DNA from: Geosiphon pyriformis uo1
Taxonomy: Eukaryota; Fungi; Glomeromycota
DNA length: 24,425 nucleotides
Direction: 5' to 3'
NCBI GenBank assembly: GCA_016748015.1
Contig: JAAOMT010000052.1
Span: 2,387-26,811, forward strand
Within the stretch, counting starts at the first letter, position 1. Each line of letters starts with the position of its first letter. The notes beneath the pieces were generated by a model. The model was not told the origin of the DNA. It searched no databases and saw nothing but the letters and a program-made list of their open reading frames with translations. This document shows positions 10,586 through 22,886 of this stretch, in pieces. The position numbers were made by a program, and so were the translations under genes.

Positions 10586-11549
10586 GAAATAACAGAAATA
10601 GAGTATTACAAGACGTTATTTTGTAAAACAATAATTATATATATATACAATAGTTTTTAATAATGAAGAATAAAACAGCTTCAACTTAAAGCAACAAATA
10701 TCTAAATAAAATCTTATTCAAAAAGAATTAATAAAAATAATAAATTGAATGAACATCACAATTACGAGATTAACAATAGAATTCACATACCCTCTCTAGT
10801 GAATAAAACTATCATTCTATTTTTGAACTCTTTGAAAGAATAATTTCTGATCAAAATTATTCACGTGGTTACTAATTAAATTGAAAAAACTTTATTATAT
10901 ACTTAGGAAAATGGCAAAAAGGCCATTAACATTCCATGTTTCTAGATTAAAGAAACACATTAGGCAATTGCAAAAATAGCTTCAGAAAAGACCCCAGACA
11001 GCAGGTAGATTTCAGATTAGCCTCTAGAAAAAAGTACACAACATACAAAGACAACTAGAATTAAAGAGAAGACTTACATCACAACATCAAGAAAAAACTT
11101 TCAGTACATTATCATTAATATCCAACACAAAAAAATTGAGAAACTCACAAGAGACTGATTGCAATTAAAACGGAAGATCAACAATTAAAATATACCAAGA
11201 AAACACTCCTGTAATAATATATTACATTCTAATAAGTTATTGAAATATTCAACAATTGAAATTTTTTTACAGCCTAAAAAACCAATTCTAAAACTAAATC
11301 ATGATTTGGTCAAATACACAATAGGTATTTTAGTCATTATATTTTTCTTTGGTATAATTCATCATTCAAATATTAAATTTAACCAGAAACTTTTATTATA
11401 AAGAATTTTGTATATTTCTTAGATCCAAGCAATTTTTTGAAATGTAACATTATAGTCATTAAAAAGTTATTTGTAAATTTAAAGTAAGTATTTACATTAT
11501 AATAAAAATGATACTGGTCAAAATTTTCAAAGTTGCTTACTGTTTTTTA

Positions 11550-12405
11550 TCTTTCATAAATTGCAAAAACAATTTGCAAATTCTTTTTTTTTAGACCTGA
11601 TCAAGTTAATTTTTAATCATAAATACTATTCTTATGCTTTATATTTTTAAGCTTTTAATCATTTCTCTCATCAGACAAAACACAATTTATTTCTAAAATT
11701 TTATGAAAAAGAAGTGTTCAAAACATCAGTCATTGAAGAACATATGTTGCATATATGATGCTGCAAAAAAAAATAAGCCATCTATAATTTACTGCAGAGT
11801 TTATTTATTAAAAAATTAATTGTATTAATTTTTTTCATAAATTTTGAGCCACACCCTTGCTTTAAGGTATAAGAGTTGAGGTGAGTAATCAATTTTTTAC
11901 AATGTCTCTTAATACCAAACATTTTGCCTACAGTATTACTCTTGAGCCAACAGCTAATTATGTCACAGTCATTCCAATTCTTGCCTTAAATCTGCTGCTC
12001 CCAGTACCAAAGCCAGTTGTTTTTGATGTTTATCGAAAAAGATGCAAAGTCACAAATAGAGCACAAATAACATTTCTAAATTCTCTAATAATCACTTATA
12101 GTACTTTTATGATTTCTTTGACACCTGATGTAAACAATATTGATATTTGGATTTTTGTCTTGATAATGACAACCAAATATGGTAGTGGTGTGAATAAAAT
12201 ATTTATAATTAATGATGCTGTGTTATCAGCAGAAAACATGCAAACCAAAAGATACTATATCTTTATAAAAAAGTAACTATCTAAAGATTAGATTAATATT
12301 AATTGAAAGCCTTTCTGAAAATAATAATACTTTAATAATTTATCACGTAGTAATATAACTTTAATGATTGCTAATTGGCTAAAATCTGATTGATCAGCAT
12401 CCAAA
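11550..12405 (-). pseudogene. Unidentified decayed gene (minus strand)
   Basis: Long protein-like frames with scattered stops (FLDADQSDFSQLAIIKVILLRDKLLKYYYFQKGFQL; LLENLEMLFVLYL*LCIFFDKHQKQLALVLGAADLRQELE*L). The + strand ORF 11881-12276 is probably its shadow. Confidence 0.35.
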
Positions 12406-14389
12406 AAATAAAAATTAATAATAAAAGTGGCTAATTTTAAACTTTAATAACTTTATAAAATATAATATAATTCAAAAAATTAAACCATAAATGTGAAAGA
12501 GAAAAACTTAATCTATCATATTTACAGTTTAGTTTTTTAATATTATTAAAATTGGAAAACTAGATACAATTTAAAATTATATAAATTGTTTGATAACTAT
12601 AAATAGTTTGCATTATAATTTAAATAAGAAAAAAAATTAATAAATGATCTGTTATATTTAAAATTAGAGCAATTTTTGGTCTAAATTTTGCTTAGTAATA
12701 ATTATAATTTTGGTTTAATAGTTTGATTTGTAATAACTATAAGTCTGGCTTAAATTTTTATTATTATTAACAGTAATTATGATTTAAATTTCAGCGGATA
12801 ACAATAACAAAAAATATTAAAGATAAAATTAATACTTCTACTAAAATCAAAATTTACCAAAACTCTTTTAACAAAACTGTTTTTTTATATAATTATTCTA
12901 AAATATACAAAAAATAAACATTATATATTAATTAATCTAAACTTATTAATTATTATTAAACTCTTTTTTTTATATTTTACTTTTAATATAAAATTGGACA
13001 ATTAAATCTTTTTTCTGTGACAAATTATTATATTTAAACATGTTTTTTTAACATATTTATTTTATTTTATTTTATTATTATAAATTTTTAATAAATAATT
13101 TTAAAAAAATAAATGAATTTAACAGTAAAAATAATTAAAATAAGCAGAAAAAAAGCAAAATAAAACTTTAATAAAAAAAGTTATTTAAAATTAATTACCA
13201 CCATTTGTTTTTATAATATGTTTTGTTTATATTAATTTTTTTTAAAAAAAAAATCAAAATAGTATATGACTATATGTTTATATTTCAAATATAAAATTAA
13301 TTAATAATATAATCCTAATAAAAACTGTATTAATTTAATAAAAATTATAATTGGTATGTTTTATTTATAGTATATATATAATTTTAAATACTATTCTTTT
13401 GTTTTTTATCTTTAAAAATAACTTTTTTAATATAATTAGTTTCGATTATTTGAATACTTATTGATATAAATATTAAAAATCTAAAATCAATATTTAAATA
13501 TAAAAAAAATTAATTAAATTAATAAACAATTAACAAAAATATTTCTTTATGCAAAGCACTTTTGAAAATGACTTTAAAAGTCTAAAGTTTTAAAATTTTT
13601 TAGGCAAAAAAAACAAGTTAATAATTTACATAAAATTAAAAGTATAATATTTTTAACTTTTTTTATTTTATTCAAGTATAATTTTTGAATAATTTGTTTT
13701 CTAGTATTAATTTAAAAAAAAATTATAAACAGTATTTTTTATTTGTAATTAATATAATTACAAAAATTATGTTTTTATTTTCTTATATTTGAAAATAATT
13801 TTTTTTCTAAGACAAAAAAGTTTGGATTAGTTGATTATTAACTGTTTTAAATATATAAAAAATAAATGTAATTCAATAAAAATTAATAAAATATAATTTT
13901 TAAATAAAAAACAAAATTTTTATATTTATAATACCTTTATAAATTATTTAAAGTTTAGAATTTCTCTTTAAACAATAAAAAAAATAAATTCAACAGTAAA
14001 AATATTTAGTTATAATTATCAAAGAACTTATTAATAATTATATTAAGCTTTATTTATAACACAGTATATTTTTTATATAAATATAAAAAACCATTTTAGC
14101 TTTGCAGATTTACAAAATTTATTTAAGCTCTTTAATTTAGCTTTTTGCAGTTTTTTATAAAGTTATAATATATTTAAGCCAGTTTAACATTAAAATTAAT
14201 ACAGAAAATAATAAAAATACATATTAGAATTATATTGTGATTCAGTTTATATAAAATTTGTAATATATGTAATATATATTCTTAAAATTTTTAACAGCTT
14301 GACTTTTTTTATTTATTAAGTAGAAAAAATTGTAACATTTTTACTGTTTTTTGTAAAAATATACAGTATTTAATACATGATTATTACAA

Positions 14390-14961
14390 ACAGACTGCTA
14401 TAATGTTTAGATATTAAGAAGCATTAGAAATATAAATTGAAATAAGTATAGTGTTAATTAAAACTTCAGAAATATGGATCAATCTTTTCAACACTAATTT
14501 TTTTAAAAATGTTAGTAAATTTAATAAAAAAAGTTAGTTAGAATTCAGAAAATATAAACAGTTAAAATAATTTATGGCAGTAAGTACTAATTATTGTGTA
14601 ATGAAATACTAACTTTTGTTTAGGTTTCAATACAAATAAACTGTTCAGATAGCATTGTTTGTAGAGTTATGCATGGAGAATTAATAGAACTTTATAACTA
14701 TAAGGAAAAATTTTTTTAATATTTTTGCTATCATATTAAACATTAAGATAATCTTGGCTATAACTTTATTATAATAAGAATTTGTTAATTCATGTTTTTA
14801 ACAAATAATAAAAGATTGTATAGGTTGTAAGTACAATATTTTCCAACTACTGTAAAAGTCTTCAAAAAAATGTGTTTCGCCAAAAAACTTAAGACCTGAA
14901 AAAATACATCTTAGTGCTTAATATGCTTTAATAAATATGATCACATGAAAATAGAAAAATA
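14390..14961 (+). pseudogene. Unidentified decayed gene with a canonical 44-bp intron (14580-14623)
   Basis: Intron signals GTAAGT...TACTAAC (14607-14613)...TAG. Spliced frame FMA|VSIQINCSDSIVCRVMHGELIELYNYKEKFF*YFCYHIKH*DNLGYNF... Confidence 0.45.
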
Positions 14962-15337
14962 ATACAAATAATACGATTTTATTGTTATTAGATAAGTCAT
15001 CTTAACTTCAACTCATCATAACTAAACTGTGAATAAAAATTTATTTCACATAATAAACTTTTTTTCTTAGTCTTCAAATTTTTTTATTTGAAAGAAATTA
15101 CTAAGTTTTTACAAGTACATGTTTAGAATTTTTGTATACAAAATAAAAAAAACTCTATTTATATCTGATAGTTTTTGTATATCTACCTATAGTTAATCTT
15201 AATATTTGAAGGGTTATATAGTATTATATTTGATATAAATCAATATTTACTATTATTGCTTTATTTTTCTCATATTATTTTTTATTATTCAGATTTTTTA
15301 AAAAAAGTAAGACTTTTTTGGTTTAAAAAATTGAGAA

Positions 15338-17060
15338 AAAAACTTCTTAACACCTAACAAGACTTTTAATACTTACTGTATTTCATGTTAATATGCTTTT
15401 TACCAGAATAATTAGATGTTATTTTACTTCCATATAAGTTTTTATTCTATAAATACCTATAATTAATGCTTAGAAAGAGACTTTTTAGTACCTAATAGGA
15501 CATTTCAGTACTTGTTGTATTTTATGTTAGTGCACTTTTTACCAGAATAACTTAATGTTATTCTACTTTTATATAAGTTTCTATTCTATGAATACTTATG
15601 GCTAATGTTTAAAAAGAGACTTATTAGCATCTGATAGAACGTTTTAGTGCTTACTATATTTCATGTTAGCATATTTTTTACCAGAATAACTCTACTTTTA
15701 TATAAGTTTTTATTCTATAAATATTTATGGCTAATGTTTAGAAAGAGACTCATTAACACTTAACAAAACATTTGAGTACTTACTGTGTTCTATGCTAAAA
15801 TGCTTTTTACTAAAATAACTCTATGTTATCTTATCCCCATATAAGTTTCTATTCTATGAATACCTATGACCAATATTTAGAAAAAGACTTATTAGCATCT
15901 AATAGGACGTTTTAGTGCTTGCTATATTTTATGTTAATGCACTTTTTACCAGAATAACTCTACTTCTATATAAGTTTCTATTCTATGGATACTTATGGCT
16001 GATATTTGGAAAGAGACTCATTAGCACTTGATAAGATGTTTGAATACTTACTGTGTTTTATGCTAAAGTGCTTTTTACCAGAATAACTCCATGTTATTTT
16101 ACTCCTATATAAGTTTCTATTCTATAAATATTTATGACTATGCTTAAAAAGAGACTTCTTAGCATCTAATAAGATGTTTTAATGCTTGCTATATTTCATG
16201 TTAGTGTGCTCTCTACTAGAATAATTTGATATTATTCTATCTCTATATAAGTTTCTATTCTATAAATATCTATGGCTAATGTTTGGAAAAAGACTTATTA
16301 GCACTTGATAGAACATTTTAATACTTACTGTATTTCATGTTAGTGTGCTCTTTACCAGAATAATTCAATGTTATTCTACCTTCATATAAGTTTTTATTCT
16401 ATAAATATTTATGACTAATGCTTAAAAAGAGACTTCTTAGTATCTAACAAAACTTTCAATGTTTGCTGTATTCTATATTAGCACATTCTTTATCAGAATA
16501 ATTCAATGTTATCTTATTTCCATACAAGTTTTTATTTTATATTTATAGCTGATAGTTTGAAAAAGACTCTTTAGTATCTAATAGCACTTGTTGTATTTTA
16601 TACTAAAGCATTTTTTATCAGAATAACTTGATGTTATCTTATTTCTATATAAGTCTTTATTCTATAAAAACCCATAACCAATGCTTGAAAAGAGACTTTT
16701 TAGCACCTAATAAGATATTTTAGTGCTTGCTGTATTTTATATTAATGCACTTTTTATTAGAATAATTCAATAATATCCTACTTTCATATAAATCTCTATT
16801 TTATGGATATTTATGGCTAATGTTTAAAAAAAATTTGTCAATACCTAACAGAACATTTAAGCACTTGCTGTTTTCTATGCTAAAGCACTCTTTACCAGAA
16901 TAACTTAATGTTATCCTATTTCTATATAAGTCTTTATTTTATAGATACCTATAGCCAAATATTTGTTAGCATCTTATAGGATGTTTCAGTATTTATTGTA
17001 TTTTTATGCTGGTATATTTAATACCAAAATGACTCAAAGTTATTTTACACCTATATAGAC
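15338..17060 (+). repeat. Tandem satellite, unit about 139 bp, about 13 diverged copies
   Basis: The anchor (c/t)cagaata and its variants occur at 15403, 15542, 15681, 15810, 15949, 16078, 16216, 16355, 16493, 16618, 16757, 16895 and 17024 (periods 139,139,129,139,129,138,139,138,125,139,138,129). Confidence 0.95.
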
Positions 17061-17080
17061 TTCTACAGTTTGTTTATCAT

Positions 17081-17404
17081 TTATAATTGGTGCTTGGAAA
17101 GTAAACCTAATAATTTTGTTTTTTAATTTTCATCAATTATAATTAAAGCTTCACTAATTTGAAAATTTTGTGTAATCTTTAATTGATTTAAAAACCAAAT
17201 ATACAATACTTCTATGAGAACTGTTTTTGGAAATTAACCATATGAATCTTTCTCTTGACTATCTATAATCAATGCTTGAAAAGTAATTTTAATAATTTTG
17301 TTTGTTATTTTCTTGTCAATTACAATTTATGCTTTACTAATTTTAAAATTTTGAAACCAAATATATAATGCTTTTATAAGAACTTTTCTTAAAAATTTAC
17401 TACA
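17081..17404 (+). repeat. Two-copy degenerate tandem duplication (about 17081-17243 and 17264-17404) directly after the satellite
   Basis: tgcttggaaagtaaacctaataattttgttt...aaaccaaatatacaatacttctatgagaac versus tgcttgaaaagtaattttaataattttgttt...aaaccaaatatataatgcttttataagaac. Confidence 0.75.
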
Positions 17405-17772
17405 AATACCATATGGGAGTCTTCTTTTTTTTGATACAAATTGTTAGGTTGTAAGGAAGTATTAGACCCACCATTGTTAAAGATACAATTATAATAAAAG
17501 CTGAAACATTGCTTGTTATATATGAGTTAAAGTATGTATAAATTTTTTAATTATTTATTAATTTATTTTTAATAACCAATTTAAACTGCTAAGTGCCTTG
17601 TTTATTAATCAAGTAGCAGCAATCTATAAAAAATTCTTAACATAAATTATATAAATGCTGATAATAATGCTAATCAGTAGGTTTTTTATTAATTATTATA
17701 AGATTTTAACAATTTTATACCTTGATAGTATATCAGTTCAAACTTTTGTCAGATTGTACTCTATTGATAGTA

Positions 17773-18440
17773 TTTATAGATTATTGGCATGGTTTAAATG
17801 TATTTGCGAGAATCTTATCTAGAATTCTATATAAATATTTTTAACATTATTATCTCATATTGAATAGTCATCAAAAGTCTGTAAACATTTAGCCATTATG
17901 ATTAAATATTGATTTAAATTCTTTTCAATTGCATAATATAAAACAGCTAGATAATTGGATTCAAAAAAAAGCTAAAAATACTTTTTTTGAATATTAACTT
18001 TGAAATGAGTTTAAATTATTACTTTAATACAGTCAAGACAAATTTACACCAGTTGATTTTCATCGATTATGTGATAATAAAGGAGCAAAAGTAAGTAGAA
18101 TTAAAGTGAAAGAAGCTGGCCAGCTTATTGGCAAGTATAACTCACAATTATAAAACTCTAAAAATAATTGGTTGGATGGAAAAGAAAGTTTCTCTTGAAG
18201 ATGGCAAAGCTAAAAATGCTATACTTAGCAATTTTGTTGGTAAAAATGGACCTTATAATGAACAAAACTGTAGACTCTCTTTTGGAGAAATATTTTATTC
18301 TCTGGCAGATTTAAATTTCTTCCAGGGTGCTGTTGTTTAGGAAAACAGATTATAAGCCTGCCATATTGCTTGGCTCAGAATATTAGCAGTTGAATTTCTT
18401 TGTCAAAAAGTATGAAGTTTTTTATATCAAAAATAGATAA
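17773..18440 (+). pseudogene. BACK-linker plus TLDc-domain pseudogene (BTB-BACK-TLDc family C-terminus)
   Basis: KQLDNWIQKK...NEFKLLL*YSQDKFTPVDFHRLCDNKGAKVSRIKVKEAGQLIGKYNSQL*NSKNNWLDGKESF / LEDGKAKNAILSNF...FFVKKYEVFYIKNR*. It matches the TLDc consensus LLLRGSRDGF..FH..CDNKG..IGGYN and the C-terminal EYEVF. Track ORF 18128-18340 is a frameshifted part of it. Confidence 0.88.
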
Positions 18441-19014
18441 ATTTAATTTTATTTAATTCAATCATACATTTTTCAAAAAGTAATATCCTATTCTTAAAAT
18501 TTTTATTGGTAGAATATTCTATAATCTACTTTATGCCAGATAATAAAGTTACAATATATGATTGTGTTTCACCTCGCTAATTAAAATGATAAATATTAGA
18601 TAATGGTTGGTTTTTTACAGGCAGTGATATAAAAATACACTAAAATCAATATTCAATAAGGCAACTTTGAATAAAATAGATGTTTTCTATGCAGTATTTG
18701 TTAAAATGGAGTTTTTTTCTAATAAACTCGAAATACCTAATTTTGTTCTTTTATTTTTATTGAAAATTAAATTTCCTAATATTCAAAAAAAAGCAATTAA
18801 AAATTTTTTTATAACTATCTTTTTTTTCAAAACTTCAGTTTGCATTTCAAAAAATAAATTTTGTAATTCAAATTTAACTGATAAATGTTCTCAAAACTTG
18901 AAGTTTATTGAAAATATTGTTAATTAAAACAATTTATTTGCAAATTGGTTTTCTGAATCTGTTTATAAGTTTGGTCAGGTTGACGTTGCTGCTCTGCATA
19001 TTATTGATCTTGTT

Positions 19015-20030
19015 CGAGATTAGGTCATGGCCCACAGAGATTTGATCTGGCAAAGTGGAAAAAAAGAAGTCTAATAAATGATGCTGGTTTTGTAATTTCT
19101 GATTTTAGAGGTTCAGCTTTTTTGCTTAATAATGTAGCAATTCATAAGATTGGTTTTGTCAAAGAAATTAATCTGAATTTTGGTTTTGTTAATGGCTTGT
19201 TCTTAATCTCGGATTTGTTATTTGATGTGTTAGTTCTCAGGGTATGGCTGGCTCGGGTGGCTGATCACATGTGATTAAGTATGAACTTTCGTTACTACAT
19301 AATAAAAAAAGATATATATCATAAAATTTTAAATTTTTTATAAAGTTAGCATAATATTAAACAAATTTTTCACAAAATATAAATTAATAACAGAAAATAA
19401 ACAAAAATTATTTAATAAACATAGTAAACTTCTATTATATTTCAAAAAATATTTATTTAAATAAAATTTGTAACCTTTATAGAAAAATATGTTTTATTCA
19501 AACTGTTAGAAAAGGCATCAAGGATTTATTAATACATTTTTTCTAGTTAAATAAATGATTTATGCATTTATATTACATAAAAAAATTTACTGTTTATTTG
19601 GGAAAAATACTTGGATTCTCAAATTTCTACTGTAAAATGTGAGAATTAATTAGATAAAGAAAGTGGTGACAAATCTTTTTGGGATCCTTTGAAATTAAAT
19701 TATATTAATTTTATTTAAAATAATATCTGATTAGTCATAGTTTATATATAATAAGAAATGTAAATTAAAAAGTATTTATTAATATTTTGTAAAGATCAGT
19801 TTTTAAAAATGAAAATAAATTTAAATTTCTCTATATATTTTTTACTCTATTTGTTGAAAAGTAATTTCTTAACGATGCTGAAGATAAACATAATTTTACT
19901 TATCATTACAAAAGAATAAAATTGAACTATATTCAAATATTTTCAGCTAAAATGGGCTAATACTGAAAACTTATTTTTATGTTCTGTTTAATATAGCCAA
20001 AAATTAATAATAATTTCAATTGGAATATTT
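19015..20030 (-). repeat. Dispersed repeat copy B (longer, inverted partner of 1514-2239)
   Basis: Its reverse complement aligns collinearly to 1514-1982, 2001-2100 and 2099-2239. It contains extra segments (about 19134-19298 and 19411-19567) that are absent from copy A. Confidence 0.85.
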
Positions 20031-20718
20031 GTATTCCGGAGAGATAAAAAAAACCAGAGAAATATTAATTAGAAGATTTAATTATTAAAAAAATGTCAAA
20101 ATTTACTAATAATTATTCGTTTTAGAAAGATAATTAACTTAAGTTTCTTAGCACCTATGCATTGTAGTTTTAATTTTTCTCTACTTGTAATATTTAAAAT
20201 TAGAATAAAATCCAACTGTCATGATCGAAAAAGTTATNNNNNNNNNNNNNNNNNNNNTGTAAAGATCAGTTTTTAAAAATGAAAATAAACAGTTTTAAAT
20301 TTAAATTTCTCTATATATTTTTTACTCTATTTGTTGTAAAGTAATTTTTTAACGATGCTGAAGATAAACATAATTTTACTTATCATTACAAAAGAATAAA
20401 ATTGAACTATATTCAAATATTTTTAACTAAAATGGACTAATACTGAAAACTTATTTTTATGTTCTGTCTAATATAGCCAAAAATTAATGATAATCTCAAT
20501 TGGAATATTTGTATTCTGGATGAATAGAAAAAACAAAAAGAATATTAATTAGAAAAATTAATTATAAAAAAAAATGTCAAAATTTATTAATAACTATTCA
20601 TTTTAGAAAGATAATTAACTTGATTTTCTTAGCATCTATGCATTGTGGTTTTAATTTTTCTCTACTTGTAATATTTAAAATTAGAATAAGATCCAACTAT
20701 TATAATTGAAAAAGTTAT
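19788..20718 (+). repeat. Direct duplication of about 450 bp on either side of a 20-N gap (19788-20237 and 20258-20718)
   Basis: Both copies start tgtaaagatcagtttttaaaaatg and end gaaaaagttat. They differ at roughly 30 positions, mostly transitions, plus a 10-bp indel. N run at 20238-20257. Confidence 0.95.
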
Positions 20719-21869
20719 AAGCTTTATTATTTGATACTTTCTAAATAAAAATATAAATAAAACTTAATTATAAAATTGAAAGGGAACTAAGATCCAATAA
20801 ATTATGATGTAAAATTTTAAGAATTGTAAATTTATTAAAAATTATATAGTTATTTTGTTTTATTTCTAAGTTAATTAGAAAGCTATAATATTATTTCATT
20901 TTTCAAACTTTGCTTAGTCTGATTTGGAAAGAAGATCTAGCATATGTTAAAATAAATAAAACTCTTAATTACCTGACCAGTAAGCAATCAAAGGCATTTT
21001 TATCAAATGTAGTGGAGTTGAGAAAAAGAATTAGAATCTTTAAAGTTAACTTAATTATTTAAAAAATTTAGTCTATCTTGTTAATTATTTTATTTGTGTA
21101 ATATTTAAATCCAGTTTTTTAATTGGTTATTACAATTAGAGTTCAATATTATAAATCAATTTATACTGATAATTTATTATAGTAACAAAATTTTAATATT
21201 CCAAAATATTATAAATTAAAATATGTTAGTTATAAAAATTTTTATTGCTTATAATAATATTTATTAATATTTATATAAATTAAGATTTGTTTATAATAGT
21301 TCATATATATAATATTATTAAAAATTAATTAAAAATAAAAGCAGAGTTATTGTAATGCATACATAAATTTTCTATATTAATATTAATTTGATGTGTTTTT
21401 TTATTAAAAAATAAAATAAAAACAAATCAAAAAATAAGTTTAATTGTATACTTTTAACATTTGGCTTACATTTAAAAACTACAATTTTATTAAAATATAC
21501 CTATTGATAAAATGTAAAATATAACATTTGATGTATTAAACCAAAAGAAAAGAAATTATTTTAAGTTTAAGTAAGCTTGGTCAATTGAAATGTTAATTTA
21601 GGTAGATATTACAAATATGTATAAATAATGTTTCAAAAGAATAGGGTTTTCAAAACGTGTTTGTGCATAAATAAAATTGATAAGCAAACGCCTTATATTT
21701 AATAACTTTTATTCAAAAAGCTTCTCTTAAAAGAGATATAAAGATGAAAGTATATATATGATAATAAATTATATTTTGAAGAACTAATTACTCCCTCAAT
21801 TCTTAATTTTCATATCATCAATAAAGGTCTTTAGATTAAAAGATTTTTGAATATAATAAATAAAAAGCT

Positions 21870-22510
21870 TACCATTTGTAGAAAATCCAGGTTTTGAGAT
21901 TATTGAATTTTATATCTTGTCATATCATGACATGCTAGCATCTTGTATCTTTTCTTTTTTCATAAACAATTCATTTACTTTGCATCTGCCAATTTTTTTT
22001 GAGATGTATACTTTTCTATTACAGAATGCTTTCCACCAATCACATCTAAAATTGTTTTCCGGCAAATAATGACAAGCCTGTTTAAGTAGATTAAATTAAG
22101 TGAATTAAATCAATCACCTATCTAAAAATGTAAATATTTACTGACATTCAAACTTTCCGTTATGTGGGTTAAGGCGGGGATACGCTTCCATGGAATGGAA
22201 TTCATTTAAAATAATGGGCTCGATTTTATTCAGGTCTTTAAATTAAATAGTTAATTATTTGTCGATTGTCAATACTTTTCCAATTCTTTGTTATTTGTTG
22301 CCCATTGCCAAATCCCTATATTTTTTTAGTATCTAATGTTGAAACTAGACTGAAAATGTAATCTTGATCGAGATATGATAATGATGAACACTAAACTTGT
22401 TTTGAAATCTTTTGAATGTTTGGAGGCTGTGTTTTAAGTAAACAGTCGTGTTTCCAGATCCCGTGTTACAACAGGGAGTACGCGTATTGGCTACGCCCAG
22501 TGGTTTTCCA
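21870..22510 (-). pseudogene. Unidentified multi-exon decayed gene
   Basis: Exon-like frames SSLSYLDQDYIFSLVSTLDTKK/IGIWQWATNNKELE|..DLNKIEPIILNEFHSMEAYPRLNPHNGKFECQ|LVIICRKTILDVIGGKHSVIEKYTSQKKLADAK*, separated by AT-rich GT..AG segments. Confidence 0.45.
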
Positions 22511-22877
22511 TTTTTTTCACATTATTCAGTCTAGTATATTAATTTTTTTTTCGTTCTTAATTACTAATCCATCCGTGACCCACGGTTTTAAGGAGGATGT
22601 GAATTTGATTTCCATACTGATTTTATTTAGCCATTTTAGGATAACAGAGTCAAAAAAAATGAGTCATGAAGATCTGCTTAATATTACATTAGTCATGAGG
22701 ATCCGCGTAATAATATAAAAAATTTCCAGAAAATACCAAGGTTTCAAAAAGTGACGCTTTGTTTTTAATCGCTACATATTAGTTAACCCCACCCTTGTAT
22801 TCTTGTTTTTGCGTTTTCGCGTGAAAAACAAACACGTAATTTTTGATCTCAAAATCAACAACTTAGAGGCAGTAAAA

Positions 22878-22886
22878 TATATAAAG
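22878..22886 (+). promoter_or_regulatory. Candidate TATA box (TATATAAAG)
   Basis: Consensus TATAWAAR in a relatively GC-rich context, followed by a pyrimidine tract and a CpG-rich leader containing repeated actcac(ga) motifs. Confidence 0.4.

Noticed and set aside
11881-12276. Track ORF of 131 aa on the + strand
   Set aside because: GTG start and no motif; better explained as the antisense shadow of a decayed minus-strand gene.
18667-18927. Track ORF of 86 aa
   Set aside because: TTG start, compositionally biased, no recognisable domain.
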